Shown here piece after piece: positions 1 through 10,801 of a stretch of 64,000 nucleotides of DNA. The stretch lies in contig OX442314.1 in assembly GCA_949358305.1 (NCBI GenBank), positions 10,850,001-10,914,000 on the forward strand. The letters are read 5' to 3'. A model generated the notes under the pieces. That model ran no database searches. It worked only from the letters and a program-made list of their open reading frames with translations, and was not told the origin of the DNA. The stretch is from Strigamia acuminata. Its lineage: Eukaryota. Numbering within the stretch: position 1 is the first letter of the stretch; each line of letters opens with the position of its first letter. The position numbers and the translations under genes are program-made.

Positions 1-37
1 TAATATTTACCCGGTGCTCGATCAGTGGATCCCGCCA

Positions 38-394
38 TCGTAAGGCATGCTGGCGGATGGAGGAGTCAAATCCTCCCGCGATGTTTCTCTCGACCGTCGT
101 GACGGTCCCCGCCCCATCGTACCCTCCGGGTTAGTAACCCGTGAACAGGAGTTGAACAACACTGTGTTAAATAAATTACTCGGGCATTGGTAATCCTGTA
201 TTGGCAATATCTTTTAAACCCGGTAAGTCCATAGAAATGTTTACCTGGTGGTTAGTACCACCGATAGCGAATTAAAGCGTACAATTAAATACTCGGCGCC
301 TGATCACGAGATCTTGTCGTCGTAAGGCATGCTGGCGGATGGAGTCTCAACAACTCCCGCGACGTTCTCTCAATTGTCGTGACGGTCCCCGCCC
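38..394. repeat. Two imperfect ~78-bp direct repeats (about 38-116 and 319-394), probably in the leader of the LTR element
   Basis: tcgtaaggcatgctggcggatggag...ctcccgcga...tcgtgacggtccccgccc occurs twice. Confidence 0.7.
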
Positions 395-558
395 AATTAT
401 TATTTATATAACAATTCATTTGTTATATTACTTTAATCACTTTACTTTTATTCATTTGGAACATGGAATATTCTGCCGAATATTCCGATTAATGCGAAGG
501 ACTCTTCGCATGTTTAGATACTCGAGCTGCGGACCAAATGCGTCTCCGTAGCGCTATT

Positions 559-855
559 TGTGACGATGCCGCAAGTCAGCCGTATCCCTTTGGCTTCGCC
601 CGGATCCTCAACCAGTTGATGCCGCCCGTTTACACGCGTCAAGAACCCATCTTTGTTAAACCATCAATATTTAGTAATAAATATGTTATGTCATACTAAA
701 ACTGTAAGTTATTTCTACTCTGTCACGTATTCATATTAGTCAAGGCTTCCGTAGCTTATCTCGGTTAGGTTGTTGCTAAACTTAGCAACGTCTTGTATAA
801 ACCGAATTATCTATCTCACGGACTAATAAATTAGCCCAAAAGTAGAATCGTCACA
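559..855 (-). mobile_element. Probable LTR (likely the 5' LTR of a minus-strand LTR retrotransposon whose internal region runs off the left edge of the window)
   Basis: The ends are perfect inverted termini TGTGACGAT...ATCGTCACA. A PBS-like TAGCGCTACGGAG lies next to the left end on the minus strand. At 856 the sequence resumes the conserved 3' flank of the gene family (aatttcaagaattaatgc). Confidence 0.55.
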
Positions 856-916
856 AATTTCAAGAATTAATGCTAAAAAGTTGAAGCACAACTTTAAACT
901 ACACAAATACACATTT

Positions 917-2959
917 TTAATCCAGATAAGTTTCTATTAAATCTGTTTTTTCTTCTTGACTATAACCGCTCCTAACCAGCGGAAGACCGCGTTGTATCAA
1001 GTAATAAAAAGATATGCACCTCATGCAATAACTGATGTCTTGTGAATTGACAACAGAATATTCCACAAATCTTGCCATTAAAAACTCATGATATGCCAAG
1101 TTGGAATCTGCGCACAAACTGTAAGCGAGGCAAAAGCAAAATTCCTTGAACACAACCATTTCATTTTCCAGTAAAGAATTTCTTTGAGTGACACAAATAA
1201 GTTCCAAAAAATCGCTATCCAGCTTTCCAGCTTCACACGTATCGATAATTTCAGATATTTTGTAAAAACTAATCAGCACCGGATCTTGAAGGTCTCCAGC
1301 TCCCTGCACCTGTTTTTTAATAAAGTCAAATACAATTTTGTTGGTCTCAAAATTCTCAAACCCCCGCCCAAAAAAACTCGCCAGTCGACACAAACTTTCT
1401 TCTAATTCGGATGCAACCGCCTCACTCATTTCTTCGGATGCAATTTCGGGAAGCCAGTTTCGAAATGCAGCGACATTTTTGCATTCCACTGTTTCGCTGG
1501 TGAAGTGATGAATGAGAACCGATTTCTTAATCCTGCTTATATCACTCGAATTCGAGAAAGAAAAATTCAAAAATCTATCAAGTTTCGTCCACTTGTTCGC
1601 TCTTATTTCGTTGTGAAGCAACGTGCGACAGATCTCGTTCGCTAAGTAGGAACAATGCTCTTTAAAAGTTGTCATTTCACTCTCAGTCGTGATGTATTTA
1701 TTTGCAATCGACTCCAAAAAATCCCAATGGAAATCATACGTTTTTTTAAAAAGTAAGTGAGCAACACATCTGTCCAAAATAATTCTTCTCTTTTTGATGT
1801 CCGTATCGTTAAGCAATAATAAATGGAAATTATCATAATCTTGCATCTCGCAAAGCATGTAGTGCACGAACGAATATTCAATCTCGTAACAACAATTCCT
1901 CATTTCCTCGGGAGCATTTCTCCAAAAACGAATCAAACAGTCCTTGACTTTGTCTCCTTTGGACCAAGAACGAACAGACTTGCTCATCACCTCATAGAAA
2001 TCGTCAGCCGACGCCATCAGGTTTAGAACCCGGCTCGACTTGGGCGTGAACGAATGCGTGTGCAGAAAATGTATCAGTACGGGTGCGACAGGTTTCAATC
2101 CGAATTCCGAAGACAAAATGGTCCTCATTTGATGCTCGTCCATCTCACCAAGTAGAAAGTTCATGATGCCAGTCTCGAATGTGCAGTAACAATCTTTATC
2201 GTGCGTGTCATCGTCGAAGTGTGAAAGCAAGTCTTCCAATTTACTTTTTGGCCGGATTAGCAGCTTGATGATCGCATTTCTTTCGTACAGTGTCATGAGT
2301 GACCAGAAATACTCAACGCCACATTGGTTTGCGTGGTCTAAGGACAGGAAAAACATTTTGACTTTCTTGTTGAAAGGAATCTTTGAAGAGTCGGTTTTAA
2401 TCGTCATCCTTTTCCAATATTTGTACATAATAGTTTTTAAGTCTGAGTCCTTTTGTTTGTCGAACATCTTTCTCAAAATGTTGCCACATTCGTTCGAAAT
2501 GTCTTCCACGACGTCTGCGACGCAACAGACGACGGCGAGGCAGAATCTGGATTCGAACGTCAATTCTTCTAACTCTGAGAGAACTCTTACTGTTTTGGTC
2601 ATGTCTAGTTGTCCATATATTGACCATTTCGTGCATTGGATAATGGTTTTCGCTATTTGTCCATCGGGAAAGCTTTGGCCAATAAAAACGTGGGAAAATA
2701 AGAAATTAAGCACATCCCACAACTGGCGTCCGACGTGCTTCGCCAAAGACTTGAACAATAATTTTAACTCGTTCGGAATATGAAATTCATCCACTAGTTT
2801 GGAAACTGCTTCCTCACCTTCTGACCATCGCCTTCGACGACTGATTGGAGTAGTTTTCTTGCTATTAATCTGAATATTGAAATTATATTTCCATAGTAAA
2901 ACCGAAGTTTTTACTAATGTGATGTGTTTTAGACTCGGCAAGTCCAAAATGGACTTCAT
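917..2959 (-). CDS. Tandem-family uncharacterised protein, copy 1 (type A, ~680 aa; putative N-terminal BC-box/cullin-box)
   Basis: Uninterrupted ORF 917..3013. The family-conserved start MKSILDLPSLKHI is at 2959. High similarity to six other intact copies in the window. Confidence 0.85.
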   Translation of the reverse strand: MKSILDLPSLKHITLVKTSVLLWKYNFNIQINSKKTTPISRRRRWSEGEEAVSKLVDEFHIPNELKLLFKSLAKHVGRQLWDVLNFLFSHVFIGQSFPDGQIAKTIIQCTKWSIYGQLDMTKTVRVLSELEELTFESRFCLAVVCCVADVVEDISNECGNILRKMFDKQKDSDLKTIMYKYWKRMTIKTDSSKIPFNKKVKMFFLSLDHANQCGVEYFWSLMTLYERNAIIKLLIRPKSKLEDLLSHFDDDTHDKDCYCTFETGIMNFLLGEMDEHQMRTILSSEFGLKPVAPVLIHFLHTHSFTPKSSRVLNLMASADDFYEVMSKSVRSWSKGDKVKDCLIRFWRNAPEEMRNCCYEIEYSFVHYMLCEMQDYDNFHLLLLNDTDIKKRRIILDRCVAHLLFKKTYDFHWDFLESIANKYITTESEMTTFKEHCSYLANEICRTLLHNEIRANKWTKLDRFLNFSFSNSSDISRIKKSVLIHHFTSETVECKNVAAFRNWLPEIASEEMSEAVASELEESLCRLASFFGRGFENFETNKIVFDFIKKQVQGAGDLQDPVLISFYKISEIIDTCEAGKLDSDFLELICVTQRNSLLENEMVVFKEFCFCLAYSLCADSNLAYHEFLMARFVEYSVVNSQDISYCMRCISFYYLIQRGLPLVRSGYSQEEKTDLIETYLD

Positions 2960-3258
2960 GATTTGAAATTGAAAAAAAAAGTGTTGTTGAATTGGAAAAA
3001 TAAAAATGTTCATTATTACTTTACAATAATAGTCTTGCCTGCTTTATTTAACATAACTCATTATCGCACATATTCTTGCCACTCTATTTAGGCGTGAGTA
3101 GTGCATCTTGTGACGGTTGTAAAACCGTGAAGTTCGAAAGTTCCCGACAGATGACGCTGTTCAAATGAACGTGCGTAGTTTAAATACATAACCAAAGTTG
3201 TAGTGATTATTATGACTAAACGGATAAATATAAGTTATTTATTAACCTGAATAAAGTA

Positions 3259-3649
3259 TTATTTAGTATATTATTGATTAGTTTTGGTCATGTCTAACTG
3301 TCCGAGTATTGTCCATTGTATGCATTGGATGAGTTGACGAATGTTACGTCGTGGAATTTGATGTCGTTAAAAACTTGGGGAACTAAGAATTTCAGCAAAT
3401 CCCACAATTGCTTTCCGACATGCCAAATTAACAATTCCAACATTGGTTTCAAAACGTTTGGAATGACTAAAGCTTTCACTGGTTCGCATATTGTTTCTTG
3501 GGTGTGTAACCATCGCTTCTTACAGTACGACTGTTTGTAGTCACTTCCTTGCAGTTAATATGATTAATGAAATAGTATTTCCACAGCAAAACTGAAGTTC
3601 TTGCTAGTGAAATGTGTTGTAGTCTCGGCAAGTCAAAAATGGTTCTCAT
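3259..3649 (-). pseudogene. Truncated 5' fragment of a divergent paralog (type b, MRTIFDLPRLQ...), frameshifted
   Basis: Homologous to 10236..10625 and 33690..34040. A small insertion near 3523 breaks the frame. Confidence 0.75.
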
Positions 3650-3690
3650 GCTTTGGAATTTCCAACCAAGCAGTTATACAATGTGTTATA

Positions 3691-4453
3691 CAGGGTGTTC
3701 TAAAAGTCTGGTCCCCTCCAAATATTTCTTGAGCAATTGCATCTAGGCCAACTTTGATGAAGCGATCGTATAGGAAGTTGGGTGAATGCAACCCAATGAT
3801 GTCATCAAATTTGACCTTAAAGGCCATTTTCAAGGTCATTCACTTGCTAACTTTTAAACCGTTCAAGATACAGCAAAATTTCCAATTACAAAGTTGTAGA
3901 GCACCATCAAATTAGTACCATCCAACTTATCTTAGTCATCTTATGTTTAATGTTTACTTTTTAAAAAGGAAACAAATCAGAAAAAAAATCAGCAAAATGG
4001 AATTTTTTATTCTTGTGAAAAAAAAATTATTTAGGCATTAAAAAACGGAGTGATTTTTCTAGTCTACTTGCATGATAATGCACATTTGAATACATTTATT
4101 TAAGAAATTCAGTACTTTTGCAGTAGAAATTTAATTTTTGCCACATTGGCAGGCTTTATTTCAGCTAATTTGTTTTCATTTTAAAATGAAAACATTTAAC
4201 TTAAAATGACTAAGATGAGTTGAATAGTACTAATTTGATGGTGCTCTACAACTTTTTAGTTGACTTTTTTGCTCTAACCTGATTGGTTTAAGAGTTAGCA
4301 AATGAATGACCTTGAAAATGGCCTTAAAGGTCAAATTTGATGACATCATTGGATTGCTCTCGCCCAACTTCCTATACGATCGCTTCATCAAAGTTGGCCT
4401 AGATGCAATTGCTCAGGAAATATTTGAGGAGATCAGACTTTTGACTCACCCTG
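3691..4453. mobile_element. Tc1/mariner-type MITE with long terminal inverted repeats
   Basis: CAGGGTG...CACCCTG termini flanked by TA on both sides, with inverted arms of roughly 280 bp (mirror ORFs MTLKMA.. at 3633..3839 - and 4306.. +). Absent from the paralogous sites at ~10665 and ~34080. Confidence 0.9.
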
Positions 4454-4566
4454 TATATGCCGTTCGACAACTTTGTCGAGCTATCGACTTCATAAACCCT
4501 GAGAGATTAAAAATTAAAAATTTAAATTTAATTAAAAATAACTTGTATTACTTTCTTACTTGTGAT

Positions 4567-4716
4567 TTACCCGCATGCCCTATTGTATATACTCGCCATT
4601 TTGCCACGTTTTACGAAAGCTGTGAGATTTTCTATTGCGCGCATTACGGCGCAAAAGCCAATAAGATAGAGTTGCAATTGCTCAAGCCGCCATCTTTTAT
4701 AGAAGGAGAAAGTTAA
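4567..4716 (+). pseudogene. MPEG1/perforin-2-like P2-domain C-terminal fragment
   Basis: LPACPIVYTRHFATFYESCEIFYCAHYGAKANKIELQLLKPPSFIEGES* is the same sequence as the longer remnant at 21786..22068. Confidence 0.65.
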
Positions 4717-5127
4717 AGTTGTCCGTAAAGTTTTGCCGAAAAAGTAGCAAGTGTTTGTTGTAAATCTATGTATTTGATGTAATTTGGTGTACAAAACTGA
4801 ATAAATTAAAAATGTGATCGGGTAAAATGTGGTTTATTTTGTTTGCTTAGTCGATTGTCTTTCATTTTACACTTGGGAGAGATCGGTGCCACCAATCGTC
4901 GCTATCCTCACAATCGGCCAAAAATTCATTATCACGTTTTAAGCATTTAAATTTACTACTTTGGTGCATGGAGAAATTGTGTTTACAACGGTTTGCTTCC
5001 CTGTATGGTACATTACACCTAAAATACCCTGTTATTTTATTCCCCTGTATTTTATTTCCAATTTTTTGTTAATTTGCTGGAATTAAGTTATTGGACACAC
5101 ATCACTTTTATTAAATTTTACGTTACA

Positions 5128-7320
5128 TTATGGACACAAATCCAGATAAGTTTCCATAAAATCTGTTATTTCTTCTTGACTATAACCGCACGACATCAGC
5201 AGCGTATTGAGTAGATTTTGGTCACAACTGTCTTCCATCAAGTAATAAAAAGGTAAACACCTCATGCAATAACTAACGTCTTGTGAATTGACAAAAGAAT
5301 AATTCACAAATCTTTCCATTACCATCTTATGGTCGCACACGTCAGAGTCTGCGCCCACATTGTAAGCGAGACAACAGCAAAATTCCTTGAACACAACCCT
5401 TTCATTGTCCGGTAAAGTATTTCTTCGAGTGACACAAATAAGTTCCAAAAAATCGCTATCCAGCTTTCCAGCTTCACACGCATCGATAATTTCAGATATT
5501 TTATAAAAACTAATCAGCAAAGGTTTTTGAAGGTCTCCAACGTTGTTCCACAGTAATGCACTGGAGCACCATAAACCCGATAACCACCCAAAATAACGCG
5601 CCAGTGTAGATAAACTTTCTTTTAAATCGGACGCAACCGCATCACTCATTCCTTCGGATGTAATTTCGGGAAGCCAGAATCGAAATATATCGATCAAATT
5701 CGAATCCGGTGTTCTGGTTGTGAAGTGGTGAATGAGAACCGATTTCTTAAGCCTGCTCATTTCACTCGCATTCGAGAAACAAAAACTCAAAAATCTATTA
5801 ACTTTCGTCCACTTGTTCGCTCTAATTTCGTTGTAAAGCACCGATTTCTTAAGCCTGCGCATTTCACGCGCTTTCGAGGAATAAAAACTCAAAAATATTT
5901 CTGAGCTTTTCTTTCTCAAAACTTGATCGTCTAATCGATCTCGTTTCGTCCACTCGTACGCCCTAATTTCATTGTGAAGCAACCTGCGACAGATCTCGTT
6001 CGCCAGGTAGGAACAATGCAGTTTAAAAGTTGTCATTTCACTCGCAGTCGTGATGTATTTATTTGCAATCGACTCCAGAAAATCCCAATGGAAATCATAC
6101 GTTTCCGTAAAAAGTAAGTGAGCAACACACCTGCTCAAAATCATTCTTTTTTTTTTAATGTCCGTATCGTTAAGCAATAATAAATGGAAATTATCGAAAT
6201 CTTGCAGCTCGCAAAGCATATAGTGAACGAACGAATATTTAAGCTCGTAACGACAATTCCTCATTTCCTCGGGAGCATTTCTCCAAAAACGAATCAAACA
6301 CTTCTTGACTCTGTCTCGTTTGGACCAAGAACAAACAGACTTGCTCACCACGCCATAGAAGTCGTCAGCCGACGCCATCAGGTTTAGAACCCGGCTCGAC
6401 TTGGGCGTGAACGAGTCCGTGTGCATAAAATGTATCAGTACGGGCGCGACAGGTCTCAATCCGAATTCCGAAAACAAAATGGCTCTCATTTGATGCTCGT
6501 CCATCTCACCAAGTACAAAGTTCATTATGCCCGTCTCGAACGTGCAGTAACAATCTTCGTCGTGTGGGTCATCGTAGAAGTGTGAAATCAAGTCTTCCAA
6601 TTTACTTTTTTGCCGGATTAGCAGCTTGATGATCGCATTTCTTTCGTACGGTGTCATGAGTGACCAGAAATACTCAACGCCACATGGGTTTGCTAGATCT
6701 ATGGAGAGGGAAAACATTTTGACTTTCATGTTGAAAGGAATCTTCGAAGAGTCAGTTTTAATCGTCATCCTTTTCCAATATTTGTACATAATAGTTTTTA
6801 AGTTTGAGTCCTTTTGTTTGTCGAACAACCTTTTCAAAATGTTGCCACATTCGTTCGAAATATCTTCCACGACGTCTGCGATGCAACAGACGACGGCGAG
6901 GCAGAATCTGGATTCGAACGTCCATTCTTGTAACTCTGAAAGAACTCTTGCCGTTTTGGTCATGTCTAGTTGTCCGTATATTGACCATTTCGAGCATTGG
7001 ATGATTGTTTTCGCTAATTGCAAATCGAGACAGCTTTGGCCAATAAAAATGTGTGAGCATAAGAATTTAAGCAAATCCTTCAACTGGCATCCGACGTGCT
7101 TCACCAAAGACCTCAACATCAATTTTAACTCGTTCGGAATATCAAACTCATCCACTAGTTCAAAAATTGCCCACTCAGCTTGTGACCATCGCTTTCGACG
7201 ACTCTCTGCAGTGTTTTTCTTGCTGTTAATTTGAATATTGTAATTATATTTCCATAGTAAAATCGAAGTTTCTACTATCGTGATGTGTTTTAGACTCGGC
7301 AAGTCCAAAATGGACTTCAT
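5128..7320 (-). CDS. Tandem-family protein, copy 2 (type C, 730 aa, with an internal ~45-50 aa module duplication)
   Basis: Intact single-exon ORF; clear paralog of copy 1. Confidence 0.85.
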   Translation of the reverse strand: MKSILDLPSLKHITIVETSILLWKYNYNIQINSKKNTAESRRKRWSQAEWAIFELVDEFDIPNELKLMLRSLVKHVGCQLKDLLKFLCSHIFIGQSCLDLQLAKTIIQCSKWSIYGQLDMTKTARVLSELQEWTFESRFCLAVVCCIADVVEDISNECGNILKRLFDKQKDSNLKTIMYKYWKRMTIKTDSSKIPFNMKVKMFSLSIDLANPCGVEYFWSLMTPYERNAIIKLLIRQKSKLEDLISHFYDDPHDEDCYCTFETGIMNFVLGEMDEHQMRAILFSEFGLRPVAPVLIHFMHTDSFTPKSSRVLNLMASADDFYGVVSKSVCSWSKRDRVKKCLIRFWRNAPEEMRNCRYELKYSFVHYMLCELQDFDNFHLLLLNDTDIKKKRMILSRCVAHLLFTETYDFHWDFLESIANKYITTASEMTTFKLHCSYLANEICRRLLHNEIRAYEWTKRDRLDDQVLRKKSSEIFLSFYSSKAREMRRLKKSVLYNEIRANKWTKVNRFLSFCFSNASEMSRLKKSVLIHHFTTRTPDSNLIDIFRFWLPEITSEGMSDAVASDLKESLSTLARYFGWLSGLWCSSALLWNNVGDLQKPLLISFYKISEIIDACEAGKLDSDFLELICVTRRNTLPDNERVVFKEFCCCLAYNVGADSDVCDHKMVMERFVNYSFVNSQDVSYCMRCLPFYYLMEDSCDQNLLNTLLMSCGYSQEEITDFMETYLDLCP

Positions 7321-8041
7321 GGCTTGAAATTTAAAAAAGAATGTGTTGTTGAATTGTAAAAATAAAAATATTCATTATTGCTTTACAATAATAACCTTGT
7401 CTGCTTTAAACGTCACAATTGTAAATTTCACATAACTCACTATTGCGCATATTCTTGCCACTCTAGCTAGGCGTGAGTAATGCATCTGAACTCTGCTTTT
7501 CCGTATATTTGTAATTGATAACAATTGTGGATAATAATTGAGCCTATTGTCGTTATTTTTTGTATCAACTGGTTAAAATCACGAATGACAACAGATGTAA
7601 AGAAATTAAAGTCGGTTTTTAATGCTCCTGGTGCTAACGCAAGTAAAACTATATTTGTAATTTGCATTACACGCTTCTGCACTGGTGCTAACTCAAAAAA
7701 TGAACTCAGGGATCCGCCACCTGGTGATGTCGAAGCAAACTGAAGCTACCGGTAGTTGATTGCATTTTATTGACATAAAACATTTTATTATTCGTCTTAC
7801 CAAATCGATTACGGAATTCATTTTTTTAAAATTAAATTTGTGTATGGAATATAAATAAAATAAAATAAATAAAATATATTAACCGATTCCTTTTTTATAT
7901 TTCCACCGATATCGTTAAATATCGTTTTTTCGTTAAATTTTCCGTTACATTGGCCACAATAATAATCCAGTGTGGTAGCGAATTTCAAGAATTAATGCTA
8001 AAAAGTTGAAGCACAACTTCAAACTACACAAATACACATTT

Positions 8042-9941
8042 TTACTCCAGAAAAGTTTCCATAAAATCTGTTATTTCTTCTTGACTATAAGTATAACCGC
8101 ACGACATCAGCGGCATATTGTGTAGCTTTAGGTCAAAACCCTTTTGTATCAAGCAATAAAAAGGTAAGCACCTCAAGCAATAACTGATGTCTTGTGAATT
8201 GGCAACAGAATATTCCACAAATTTTTCCATTACAGACACATGAGTGTACACGTCATGCAGAGTCTGCGCACAAACTGTAAGCGAAACAACAACAAAATTC
8301 CTTGAACACAACCATTTCATTCTCCAGTAAAGAATTTCTTCGAGTGACACAAAGAACTTCCAAAAAATCGCTATCCAGCTTTCCAAGTTCACACGTGTCG
8401 TTAATTTCAGATATTTTGTAAAAACTAATCAGCACCGGATCTTGATGGTCTCCAGGTCCGTTCAAATGTTCGTCAATAAAGTCAAATACAACTCTGTTGG
8501 TCCAAAAATTTTCAAACTCCCGCCCAAAAAGAGTCGCCAGTCTACACAAACTTTCTTCTAATTCGGATGCAACCGCCTCACTCATTCCTTCGGATGCAAT
8601 TTCGGGAAGCCAGTTTCGAAATGTAGCGACATTTTTACATTCCACTGTTTCGCTGGTGAAGTGTTGAATGAGAACCGATTTCTTAAGCCTGCTCATATCA
8701 CTCGCATTTGAGAAAGAAAAACTCAAAAATCTATTAACTTTCGTCCATTTGTTAGCACTTATTTCGTTGTGAAGCAACCTGCGACAGATCTCGTTCGCTA
8801 AGTAGGAACAATGCACTTTAACCTGATCGCGTCGGGTGACGACTTCCATGACGTGATGAGCAAGTCTGTTCAACGTTCTTGGTCCAAACGAGACAGAGTC
8901 AAGGTGTGTTTGATTTGTTTTTGGAGAAATGCTCCTGAGGAAATGAGGAATTGTCGTTACGAGCTTAAATATTCGTTCGTTCACTACATGCTTTGCGAGA
9001 TGCAAGATTTTGATAATTTCCATTTATTATTGCTTAACGATACGGACATTAAAAAAAGAAGAATGATTTTGAACAGATGTGTTGCTCATTTACTTTTTCA
9101 AAAAATGTATTATTTCCATTGGGATTTTCTGGAGTCGATTGCAAATAAATACATCAGGACTGAGAGTGAAATGACAACTTTTAACAATCTTTGTCGTGCG
9201 TGTCATCGTCGAAGTGTGAAATCAAGTCTTCCAATTTACTTTCTCGCGGATTAGCAGCTTGATGATCGCATTTCTTTCGTACGGTGTCATGAGCGACCAA
9301 AAATACTCAACGCCACATGGGTTTGCTAGGTCGATCGACAGGGAAAACATTTTGACTTTCATGTTGAAAGGAATCTTCGAAGAGTCAGTTTTAATCGTCA
9401 TTCTTTTCCAATATTTGTACATGATAGTTTTTAAGTCTGAGTCCTTTTGTTTGTCGAACATCTTTCTCAAATTGTTGCCACATTCGTTCGAAATATCTTC
9501 CACGACATCTGCGACGCAGCAGACGACGGCGAGGCAGTATCTGGATTCGAACGTCCATTCTTGTAACTCTGAAAGAACTCTTGCTGTTTTGGTCATGTCT
9601 AGTTGTCCATATATTGACCATTTCGTGCGTTGGATAATGCTTTTCGCTAATTGTCCATCGCCAATAAAAACGTGGGAAAATAAGAAATTAGGCAAATCCC
9701 TCAACTGGCATCCGACGTGTTTCACCAAAGACCTCAACATTAAATTTAACTCGTTCGAAATAAGAAATTCATCCACTAGTTTGGAAACTGCTTCCTCACC
9801 TTCTGACCATCGCCTTCGACGACTGTTTGGAGTGCTTTTCTTGCTATTAATTTGAATATTGTAATTATATTTCCATAGTAAAACCGAAGTTTTTACTAAG
9901 GTGATGTGTTATAGACTCGGCATGTCCAAAATGGACTTCAT
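8042..9941 (-). pseudogene. Tandem-family pseudogene with an internal inversion (~8819-9184), an adjacent deletion, an early stop and frameshifts
   Basis: The middle of the protein is encoded on the + strand (ORF 8811..9254). The start at 9941 is followed by PSL* (TAA). The 3' part is split across frames. Confidence 0.9.
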
Positions 9942-10235
9942 GACTTGAAATTGAGAAAAAAAGTGTTGTTGAATTGTAAAATTAAAAATGTTCATTATTA
10001 CTTTACAATAATAGTTTTGCCTGTTTTATTCTGCACATGCCTGCACGTATTCTTGCCACTCTAGCTAGGCGTGAGTAGTGCATCTTGTGACGGTTGTAAA
10101 ATCGTGAAGTTCTAAAGTTCACGACAGATGCCGCTGTTCAAATGAACGTGCGTAGTTTAAATACATAACCAGAGTTGTAGTGATTATTATGACTAAACGG
10201 ATAAATATAAGTTATTTGTTAACCTGAATAAAGTA

Positions 10236-10625
10236 TCATTTGTTATAATATTGATTAGTTTTGGTCATGTCTAACTGTCCGTGTATTGTCCATTGCATGC
10301 ATTGGATGACGGACTTCACAAATGTTACGTCGAGGAATTTGATGTCGTTGAAAACTTGGGGAACTAAGAATTTCAGCAAATCCCACAGTTGGTTTCCGAC
10401 ATGCCAAACCAACAATTCCAACATTGGTTTCAAAACGTTCGGAATGACTAAAGCTTTCACTGGTTCACAAATTGTTTCTTGGGTGTGTAACCATCGCTTC
10501 TTACGACTGTTTGTAGTCACTTCCTTGCAATTAATATGATTGATGAAATAGTATTTCCACAGCAAAACTGAAGCTCTTGCTAGTGAAATATACTGTAGTC
10601 TCGGCAGGTCAAAAATGGTTCTCAT
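10236..10625 (-). pseudogene. Type b truncated paralog (129-aa ORF, N-terminal box region only); pseudogene or short protein
   Basis: MRTIFDLPRLQYISLARASVLLWKY...IPNVLKPML...GQLDMTKT, after which homology to the full-length genes stops. Confidence 0.7.
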
Positions 10626-10801
10626 GCTTTGGAATTTCCAACCAAGCAGTTGTACAATGTGTCATATATTCCACATACACAGTTCAGTTCTTTGCCGTTC
10701 GACAACTTCGTCGAGCTATCGACTTCATACAACCTAAGAGATTAAAAATTAAAAATTTAAATTCAATTAAAAATAATTTGTATTGCTTTCTTACTTGTGA
10801 T

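Noticed and set aside
2205..2783. Recurrent 150-236 aa + strand ORFs (also 6626, 9259, 29001, 32595, 36243, 47785, 51379)
   Set aside because: These are antisense shadows of the family CDS. Their starts and stops vary between copies and they have no independent motif.
2960..3013. N-terminal extension MNIFIF... on some copies
   Set aside because: In frame in only some paralogs and frameshifted in others; MKSILD is the conserved start.
3633..4456. Mirror ORFs MTLKMA.KVKFDDIIG
   Set aside because: Artefact of the MITE inverted repeats; no transposase similarity.
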